Assembly (NCBI GenBank): GCA_963816135.1
Contig: CAWFJD010000017.1
Coordinates: 1,128,128-1,192,127 of the forward strand
DNA: 64,000 bases
From: an uncultured Chloroflexia bacterium
GTDB lineage: Bacteria; Chloroflexota; Limnocylindria; Limnocylindrales; CSP1-4
Direction of reading: 5' to 3'
In this document: piece after piece, positions 56,534-64,000 of the stretch
Layout: each line of letters opens with the position of its first letter
Position numbering within the stretch: position 1 is the first letter of the stretch
Translations under genes and position numbers: made by a program
Notes under the pieces: generated by a model
Database searches by the model: none
What the model was told of the DNA's origin: nothing
Seen by the model: the letters and a program-made list of their open reading frames with translations, nothing else

Positions 56534-59500
56534 CTACTTCAGGAAGTATCCGGTGACGTCGAAGACGAGATCCGTGGTCGCGCCCGACGGACCCATGTAG
56601 GTTGCTGTCAGCACACCTCCAGGGCCAAGGGCGACGGACAGGCCGTTGCCCTTGGATTGACCGCCCAGGAAGTTGACCGTCGAGGTGCCGGGCGAGGCTT
56701 CGGCGACCGGGCCCAGGTAGACGGCCCAGCCCGACTTGTCGTTGACGACCGTGACGTTGCCGGTGACCGCGAGAAGCCCATCGGGGAGGGCGGCCTGTCG
56801 AGCTATCGGGAAGGTGCTCGGACTGTTGGCCAGCAGGCAGCTCGGCAGACCCAAGTGGGCTCGCGTGTCCAGCAGCCGAGTTGGCGCTATCGGCACGAAG
56901 GCCGAGCCCGACATGTCGGCCGTATAGAAGCCCGTGACGTCGAAGACGAGATCGGTTTTCGCGCCGGCGGGTCCCATGTACGTCGCGCACAGCCGTCCCG
57001 CGGAGTCGAGCGAAACGCTCAGGTTGTTGCCGGCAACCTGCCCCGACGTGAAGTTCACAGCCGAGGTCGATGGTTTGCTCGTGGAGACCGGCCCGAGATA
57101 GACCGCCCAGGCCGCCGACGGATTTACCACCGTTACGTTGCCGGTGACCGCCTTCGCCTCCAGGGGAAGTCCGTTCCGACCGGCCACCGAGAAGCACGCG
57201 GGCGTGTTAGCCGAGAGTCTCGCCGGGAGACCGATCGCGTGCCGCGTATCCAGCGAGCGCACAGGATCGATCGGGTGATAAGTCTGGCCGCTGGCGTCCG
57301 TGGCGTAGAAACCGGTGACGTCGAAGACGAGGTGGGTCGTCGCCCCGGCCGGGCCCATGTAGGTCGCCGACAGCGTTCCATGGCTGGACAGGGCGACGGT
57401 CAGGCCATTGCCCGCCGTCTGGTTGCCGACGAAGTTGATGGTCGAGGCCGGCGGATGGGCGATTGGATCAGGCCCGAGGTAGGCCGCCCAGGGGGCCGAC
57501 GGACTGACCACGGTGAGGTTCCCGGTGACCGCGATCGCCTTGTCCGGAATGCCGCTCCGGCCGGTGATCTGGAACGTCTTCGGGCGTGTTAGCCACCAAC
57601 TTGCCCGACAGCCCGTTGCCGGATCTGGTGTCGAGGAGCCGGACAGGGTTGATGGGGTGATACGTAGACGAACCGGCGGGCAACGAGATGACACCACCGA
57701 CGGAGTTCGAGGGCGCGGAGGCCGGGCCCCAACCCACGGCGTTGCCAGCCTGAACCGTGAAGGTGTACGCCGTGTTCGCGGCGAGGCCCGTTGCCGTGCA
57801 ATTCAGGGCACCGGTCGTGGTGCATGTCTTGCCGGCCGGCGAACTCGTAACCGAGTAGCTCGTGATCGCGCTGCCGCCGTCTGAAGCGGGCGCGGACCAG
57901 CTTACGGTCGCCCCGCCGCTGCCGAGAACTGCCGTGACACCGGTTGGGGCACCCGGCACGGTCATCGTCGCGCTGATGGTGACCGTTACCGTGCCCGTGG
58001 CCGTCCCGCTTTTGCCGTCCGAGACCGTGTAGGAGAACGAGTCCGACCCCACGTATCCCGACTGCGGCGTGAACCTGATCTTTCCCTTATCCGTGCCACT
58101 CCCGACGATTACGACAGTCCCGTGATCGCCACTCGAGACCGCCGTGACGCTCAGGGTGTCGCCGTCCGGATCGCTGTCATTGGCGAGCAGCGTTGCCGGC
58201 GCGATGAGGAGTGCCGTGTTCACGAGCGTGCTCGCCGCGTCGTCGACCGCCACCGGCGGATGATTTGGAGTCACGGTGATCGAAACGGTGGCCGTGTTGC
58301 TCTGAAGGCTGGCGTCGCTGGCCACGTAGGTGAACGAGTCCGAGCCGGAGAAGCCGGTGGCTGGAACATAGTTGATCGTGCCGTTGACGACGGACGCCGT
58401 GCCGTGTGACGGCTGAGTCACGAGCGTGGCCGTCAGGCTGTCTCCGTCGGCGTCGGTATCGTTGTCGAGGACGCGGATGGTGACCGACGATCCCTGGGCC
58501 GTGGTAGCCGAGTCGTCGACCGCGATGGGAGCATGGTTGACCGTAGCAACCGTGACCGTCACGGAGCCCGTGGCCGTCCCGCCCAGGCCGTCAGACACGG
58601 TGTAGCTGAACGAGGCGGGGCCCAGGTACGCAGCCTCCGGGGTGAACAGGATCTTGCCCAGGTCGGCGCCGCTGGCGACGATTTCGACCGTGCCGTGGAC
58701 GGGGCTCGAGACCCCCGCGACTGCCAGGACATCACCATCGGGGTCGGTGTCGTTGGCGAGTAGTGTCGCAGGCGCGATCAGGAGCGGCGTGTCGATGACG
58801 GTCGTTGCCAGGTCGTTACCCGCCACCGGCGGATCGTTGACCGGAGTGACCGTGATCGTGAAAGACTGAGTCGGGCTCGCGTCTACCCCGCCGCCCGCGG
58901 TTCCGCCGCTGTCGACGAGATGGAGGACGAGCGTGGCCGATCCGTTGGCGTTGGGGGCCGGCGTGAAGCTCAGGGTCCCAGTAGGGTCAACGGCAGGGCC
59001 GGCGCTGAAGAGTGCGCCGTTCGTGTTCGAGTCGATCACGAACGAGAGGTTCTGGCTCGCCTCGTCGGCAGGACCCGCGCTCATGCCCGTGGCCCAGCCC
59101 AGGAGTGAAGCCGGACCCGAATCCTCGGCGACGGTCTGGTCCGCACCCTTAGCGAACGAGGGCGGGTCGTTGACCGGCGTGACCGTGATCGTCACGGTGG
59201 CCGTGTTGCTTGGAAGGCTGCCGTCGCTCGCCTGGTACGTGAACGAGTCGGCGCCGTTGAAGTTGGCCGCCGGGGTGTAGGCGAAGATCCCGTTGCTCAA
59301 GAGGTTGCCGGTGCCGTGCGTTGGACCGCTCACGAGAATGGCGGTCAGGCTGTCGCCGTCGGCGTCGGTGTCGTTGGCGAGGACGTGGATGGCGACCGAC
59401 CCGTCCTCGGCCGTCGTGGCGGAGTCGTTGACCGCGACCGGGGCATGGTCGACCGGCGCCGATGGCGTGACGGCTCCGGACGGGTCCGATTCGGGTCCGT

Positions 59501-60923
59501 CACCGACGTTGCTGTGGGCCCGAACGGTGAAGGTATAGGCCGTCCCGTTGGTGAGGCCCGGGACGTCGGCACTCGTCGTGTTGCCGACCTGGACGACCAG
59601 CCCACTCTGAGCCGTCCCGCCGACGTACGGCGTGACGACGTAGTGGTCGATCGTGCCGCCGTTTGAGGGTGCCGCCGTCCATGTGACATTCGCGGTCGCG
59701 TTCCCCGCGGTGGCGCTGACGGAGGTCGGTTTGCCCGGGAGTTGGGGCGTCACACTCACCATGTCGTACGTGAGATCGAACTGACTCGAAGCGTCGGTCT
59801 CGTACAGGCCCGTCCAAGGGTTGTAGGTCCGCGCGTGGATGCGGTCATTGTCCGGATCGAACACGTAGTAGCGGAGCGTGCCCATCGTGTTCGTCCCGGT
59901 ACCCATCGAGCGAGACTGGTAGTCGCTCAGGACTTGATACACCGGCGTCGAAAGGCAGGCCGAGTTCGTATGCATGTCGGTCCGGTGCGCCTCGCCGCTC
60001 GTGTAGCTGTCGTCGTCGTAGTTGTGGCCGGCGATGACCAGGAAGACATTGCAGCGCGGCGCGATCAGGTTCGTGAACACCGTCGCGGGGGTTGTGGCGG
60101 AGGCGCCGGGAATATCGTCGTACGAAGGCGGGTCGGTGGAGTAGTCGGTCATCCGACTGCCGTCCGTCTCGAGGAAGCCGTGCGTCGCGATGATCGCCCG
60201 GTAGCCCGGATGGGCGTCGAGGACGCGTCCCGCCCAGGCCACGGCGAAGTTCGGGAGCCCGTATTCCAGGTTGACGACGAGGAAGTCCATGCCGCCGGCG
60301 GTGAACGTCCCCCAGTTGTCCATGCTTTCCCTGTCCGGGTCGGTGCTCAGGGCGTAGGGCTGTCCGGGGCCGAGATATCCGCCGTATTGAGCCGTGCTCC
60401 ATGCGCTCTGCCAGGGGGAGCGGGATGAGAAGCGGCTCGGCGGGAAGGTAGATTCGAAGAGAGCCGCGTCGCCATCCGCTAGACCCAGGTCGTGGTTTCC
60501 CGGGAGAACGCTGTAGGGGAAGTTGGCGTTGTCGAGGATCTTGAACGCGTTGCTCGCCGTGGTGTACGCCGACTGGCTCGTGTTCGTGTTGACCACGTCG
60601 CCGAGCTGAGCCGCCCACACCGAGCGCAGCGACGCCTTGCTATCGGCGATCCATTGAATCTGGGCCACGCCCCGCTGACGCTCGTCCGAGTCGCCCTCGA
60701 ACATGTTCTGCGTGTCCGGGATCGCGACGAACGTGAACTCCGTGGAGCCGACAGGCGTCGTCGCGGCGAGGGCGGGCGGGGCCGTGAAAGCCTGCAGCAA
60801 TCCTGCCCCCAGGGCAGCCACGACGACGATCCGCCGAGCTCTGCCTGCGGCGGACTGCCGACCGGCAACAGGCACCGTAACCCGCGGCACCCGACCCACC
60901 CTGAACACCAAAGGCCTCCTCAC
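56534..60923 (-). CDS. Giant secreted surface protein (one gene with a 1-nt frame shift near 57590): signal peptide, calcineurin-like metallophosphoesterase, FN3, 5 cadherin-like/VCBS-type Ig repeats, FN3, and the C-terminal triple ~126-aa repeat
   Basis: The signal peptide is ...VVVAALGAGLLQAFTAPPALA. The metallophosphoesterase has GNHDLG and ATHGF motifs. The FN3 reads SATAGNATANVTWTAAPSNGGTIDHYVV...YTFTVRAHSNVG. Five ~100-aa units carry VNDPPV...LANDTDADGD/LANDTDPDGD. The upstream ORF ends in STYHPINPVRLLDTRSGNGLSGKLVANTP followed by frame garbage. The repeat continues as KTFQITGRSGIPDKAIAVTGNL... in the 56534..57697 ORF. Confidence 0.7.
56537..57680 (-). repeat. C-terminal tandem triplet of the ~126-aa domain (copies 4-6)
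   Basis: Same consensus as at 22439..23569 (YHP..P.R.LDTR...G ... DLVFDVTGF[YF]). Confidence 0.7.
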
Positions 60924-61151
60924 CCCAAGTTCCAGCCCCCCGGCTGGACAGACCCTGCGATCACCGCGACCGCTCAGACGCGCCGGTCCGCGAGGGCCGG
61001 CGAGGCCGAGCCATTATCGTCCGGTACTTTCGCTGCTGTACAGGTACTTTCGGGTGGGATTCCGGTGCGTGCTGCCACCGCGGGGCCACCGCCGAGCGGG
61101 TGGGCTCAGCGAGGCGGCGCCGGCCGCTGCCATGCCTTCAGCGATGGGAGA

Positions 61152-63728
61152 TCAGGGCACGTAGTAGCCGGAGACGTCGAAGACGAGATCGGTGCCGTTG
61201 CCGGGGTTCGACATATACGTTGCGGACAGTGTTCCGGACCCCGCCAGCGCCACGGTCAGGCTGTTGCCACGGACCTGGCCCGCATCGAAGTTGATCGACG
61301 ACGTCGTCGGGGCCGCCGTCGCGTCCGGGCCGACGAAGACCGCCCACGGACCCGTCTCGTTGACGACGGTCAGATCGCCCGTGACCGCTCGCGCGGTGGC
61401 CGGCACGGCGTCCTTGCCGCCGATCTGGAAGGTTACCGGCGCATTGGCCCGCATCGGGCCCGCAACGCCCGCCCCGCTACGCGTATCGAGCAATCGGAGA
61501 GGCGTGATCGGCACGAAGGAGACTCCCGTCCCATCGGCCGTGAAGTAACCGGTCACGTCGAACACCAGGTCGGTGCTATTGCCGGGGTTGGACATGTACG
61601 TGGCGCTCAGCGTGCCGCCCGAGCCGAGGGGAACGGTAAGGTTGTTGCCCTGCGTCTCCCCGGCCGAGAAGTTGACCGTTGACGTGGTGGGCGCGGCGCT
61701 GGGCACGGGACCGAGAGCCACGGCCCATGCCGAAGTGGGATCCACCACCGTCAGATTGCCGGTGACCCCTACGGCGTTCGAAGGGACTCCATTTCGGCCG
61801 GCCACCGCAAAGGTCCGCGGCGTGTTGGCCAGGAACCTGCCGGTCAACCCGTTGCCGGCTCGTGTATCGAGCATCCGCGTGGGGCTCATGAGGTGGAATG
61901 TGTCGCCGGACACCGGGGCGAAATAACCCGTGACGTCGAACACGAGGTCGGTGCGACTTCCCGAGGTGGACATGTAGGTAGCCGAGAGGGATCCGGTCGG
62001 CGACAGCGGCACGGTCACGCCGTTGCCCGCGACCTGACCGGCGGCGAAGTTGATCGTCGAAGTGCTCGGCGTCGAAGTCTCCTGCGGTCCAAGGAATACG
62101 GCCCAGCCGTTGGTGGATCCGGTCACCGTCAGATTTCCGGTCACCGCGGTCGCGTTCGAGGGTATGCCGGCTCGGCCGGCAACCTGGAATGTCGCCGGCG
62201 TATTCGCCTGAAGGCTCGCGGGCAGGCCATTCCCAGTCCGGGTGTCCAGAAGGCGAGTCGGAGCGACGGCGTGGTAGGTCGACTTCACGATGGGAGCGGC
62301 CGGTGTCGCCGGCGCGGAATCCGCCGAGGGCGGCCCTTCACCGGCCAGATTCGCCGCAGTCACGCTAAACGTGTACGTCGTCCCGTTGATGAGCCCCGTG
62401 ATGGTGCAACTCGTGGCGCCGCTGGTCTGGCAAATCTCTCCGGCCGGGCTGGAAGTGGCCACGTAGCCGGTGATGGGAGATCCGCCGTCGCTGGCGGGAG
62501 CGCTCCACGAGACCGTGGCCGATTGATCGCCGGCGATGGCCTGGACGTTGGTAGGAGCACCTGGCGGCAGGGACGGTGTAGGCGTCGGGGTCGGCGTCGG
62601 CGTTGGGGTCGGGCGCGGGGTCCTGATCGGCGTTGCGGTGGCGCCTGCGACGGCATTGTGACAATTGAGGGTCCCGCTGTCCGTGAACGAACCTGTCGCG
62701 TCGATGAATTTCCAGCTCATGCTGGCCTGGTGCAGGGTCATCGCCAGGATGCCGAAGCTCGTCGTGTCCTGGACGACGCTGTTGGGCGCCAGCGCCGCGA
62801 TGCCCGTGTGATTGGAGCCCCCGGTGCCTACCGTGAACTGGGTGATGCCCGTGGTCATGTCAACCAGGCCGGTTGGCGTCTGGGGAAGGAACCGCTCGTA
62901 GATGTGGTCGTGGCCATCGAGGACGACGTCGGCTTGAGCCGCATACAGCTGCTGCCAGAGCGGCAATGAGTTGATCGAAGCTCGGCCTCCGGAGCTGAAT
63001 AGCGGGATATGCCAGTAGGCCAGCGTGCACTGTCCCATGTGAGATCCAAGGTCACTGGCGAGCCACTTGCTCTGCGGCGACCCTGGTTGGCATCCGCCAA
63101 CATCCGCGCAGTTCGAGTTCAGGGCGATGAGGTGCCAGGCTCCCACGTTGTAGCTGTACCAGCCCTGACCCGGGGTTCCAGCTGCCGAACCGAAGTAGCC
63201 AAAGTAGCCGGCTCCGTTGAGATTCGTTTGATCGCAGCCGGTGACGGTGCCGCCTCCGTTGTCTGTCAGGTACTCGTGGTTGCCGGGCACCGGATGCGTG
63301 ATCGACTTCACCCTGCCCCAGCTGGTGTCATAGGACTGCTGATACGCGGACAGACTGCCGCAGTAGTACTGGTTGTCCCCCAGTGACAGGACCGCCGAGT
63401 AGCCGTGACCGGCCAGAAGGTCAGCCGTCGCGTTCTGCTCGCAGCCAGTTCCGGTGCCGCTTCCACCGCGGTAGTTCGGGTCCAGCGGATCGCAAGCGAT
63501 GTCGCCGGCGGCGGCGATGACCGGGTCTCCGGCCGCGGCCGCGGCCGAGGAGACGGACGCGTACTGAGCGAGCCAGGGCACGACGGTGAAGGCGCTCACA
63601 GCCAGGGCCAGACCGGCGATCATCCGCACGGCTGCAGTGGCCACTCCGGGAGTTGATCTTCGGCCGCCGCGTTCAACCCGGCCGGCCGGGCTTGCGTCAA
63701 AGTCGGTACGGGTGGGGCGCAAACGCAT
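61152..63728 (-). CDS. Secreted metallophosphoesterase (purple-acid-phosphatase-like), FN3, then the C-terminal triple ~126-aa repeat
   Basis: Signal peptide (VRMIAGLALAVSAFTVVPWLAQYA). The metallophosphoesterase motifs are GDIACD, GDNQY, GNHEY and GHDHIYERF. The FN3 reads PGAPTNVQAIAGDQSATVSWSAPASDGGSPITGYV...YTFSVTAANLAGEG. Three repeats then begin STYHAVAPTRLLDTRTGNG, TFHLMSPTRMLDTRAGNG and SFVPITPLRLLDTRSGAG. Confidence 0.75.
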   Translation of the reverse strand: MRLRPTRTDFDASPAGRVERGGRRSTPGVATAAVRMIAGLALAVSAFTVVPWLAQYASVSSAAAAAGDPVIAAAGDIACDPLDPNYRGGSGTGTGCEQNATADLLAGHGYSAVLSLGDNQYYCGSLSAYQQSYDTSWGRVKSITHPVPGNHEYLTDNGGGTVTGCDQTNLNGAGYFGYFGSAAGTPGQGWYSYNVGAWHLIALNSNCADVGGCQPGSPQSKWLASDLGSHMGQCTLAYWHIPLFSSGGRASINSLPLWQQLYAAQADVVLDGHDHIYERFLPQTPTGLVDMTTGITQFTVGTGGSNHTGIAALAPNSVVQDTTSFGILAMTLHQASMSWKFIDATGSFTDSGTLNCHNAVAGATATPIRTPRPTPTPTPTPTPTPSLPPGAPTNVQAIAGDQSATVSWSAPASDGGSPITGYVATSSPAGEICQTSGATSCTITGLINGTTYTFSVTAANLAGEGPPSADSAPATPAAPIVKSTYHAVAPTRLLDTRTGNGLPASLQANTPATFQVAGRAGIPSNATAVTGNLTVTGSTNGWAVFLGPQETSTPSTSTINFAAGQVAGNGVTVPLSPTGSLSATYMSTSGSRTDLVFDVTGYFAPVSGDTFHLMSPTRMLDTRAGNGLTGRFLANTPRTFAVAGRNGVPSNAVGVTGNLTVVDPTSAWAVALGPVPSAAPTTSTVNFSAGETQGNNLTVPLGSGGTLSATYMSNPGNSTDLVFDVTGYFTADGTGVSFVPITPLRLLDTRSGAGVAGPMRANAPVTFQIGGKDAVPATARAVTGDLTVVNETGPWAVFVGPDATAAPTTSSINFDAGQVRGNSLTVALAGSGTLSATYMSNPGNGTDLVFDVSGYYVP
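61155..62300 (-). repeat. C-terminal tandem triplet of the ~126-aa domain (copies 7-9)
   Basis: Same consensus; each unit ends ...DLVFDV[TS]GY[FY]. Confidence 0.7.
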
Positions 63729-64000
63729 GCGGTCCTGTCCTTACGTTGGCCCCTCGCTATGGACGACGGACTGCCTCAGGCGAGCAGTCGCCACGGAAAA
63801 CGGGCAGCGGGATGGGCGAATTGCTTCGCCAACTGTGGGCCCACCACCGGGCCGCGCGTACACCGTCCTGCTTGGCGGACGACTCGATCCGCAAGGCGCG
63901 ATGACCGGCTCTGAGGCTCGCAAAGAGGCCACTCAAGGGAGTAGAAGCGTTGCTACCCGGTCGGCCACCGAGCCGGCGGCGAGAAACGAGGCGTCGGTCC

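Noticed and set aside
60492-61682. 396-aa plus-strand ORF
   Set aside because: It is antisense to the two metallophosphoesterase genes and is Arg-rich with no domains.
1-64000. CRISPR arrays, IS elements / transposases, integrases, rRNA genes
   Set aside because: I looked for regularly spaced short direct repeats, DDE/serine/tyrosine recombinase motifs and rRNA-like low-GC blocks. None were found.

Overview
This is a 64 kb high-GC (about 70%) chromosomal segment, densely coding, with F420-type enzymes (two luciferase-like oxidoreductases and a deazaflavin-dependent nitroreductase) that point to Actinomycetota or Chloroflexota. Taxonomy cannot be settled without database searches.

Gene content, in order:
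- 1..8.5 kb: a membrane-anchored Kelch beta-propeller protein, an LLM flavin oxidoreductase, a Kelch lipoprotein, tRNA-Gly(UCC), a deazaflavin-dependent nitroreductase, an MFS C-terminal remnant, a CPBP (Abi) intramembrane protease, an F420-type LLM oxidoreductase, a small membrane protein and a MarR regulator.
- 8.5..18 kb: a truncated paralog fragment, a WYL-domain regulator, an alpha/beta hydrolase, an ABC-2 exporter with a divergent TetR regulator, an ECF sigma factor with a SnoaL-like extension, a VOC protein, a membrane protein with XRE regulator, a conserved hypothetical, a dihydrofolate-reductase-family protein and a DUF1801 protein.
- 18..28 kb: a c-di-GMP block (membrane EAL phosphodiesterase and a PilZ protein) flanking a large secreted Ig-like protein, then an aminoacyl-phosphatidylglycerol-synthase-like (DUF2156) gene translationally coupled to a membrane esterase.
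- 28..34 kb: dCMP deaminase, then nadA, nadC, nadB and glgA on the minus strand.
- 34..56.5 kb: an alpha-glucan / maltodextrin locus with glgP, a zinc-ribbon Kelch protein, a GH13 alpha-glucosidase, a secreted alpha-amylase lipoprotein, a LacI regulator with a clear promoter and palindromic operator, a MalEFG-like sugar ABC transporter, a GH57 enzyme, a GNAT, a DUF3536 GH57-like protein followed by a degraded partial copy of itself, and a 1177-aa GH13-family protein.
- 56.5..64 kb: two secreted metallophosphoesterase multidomain proteins.

Most notable is an uncharacterised ~126-aa domain present as a C-terminal tandem triplet in three different secreted proteins (nine copies in the window). 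I could not identify any named new system beyond this triplet module.

Many conserved genes (nadB, nadC, glgA, the WYL regulator, the giant surface protein, a membrane protein) carry 1-nt frame shifts. Two that I resolved to the nucleotide (both in nadB) fall in homopolymer runs, so I read them as assembly indel errors rather than real pseudogenes. I found no rRNA, CRISPR array, transposase or integrase.
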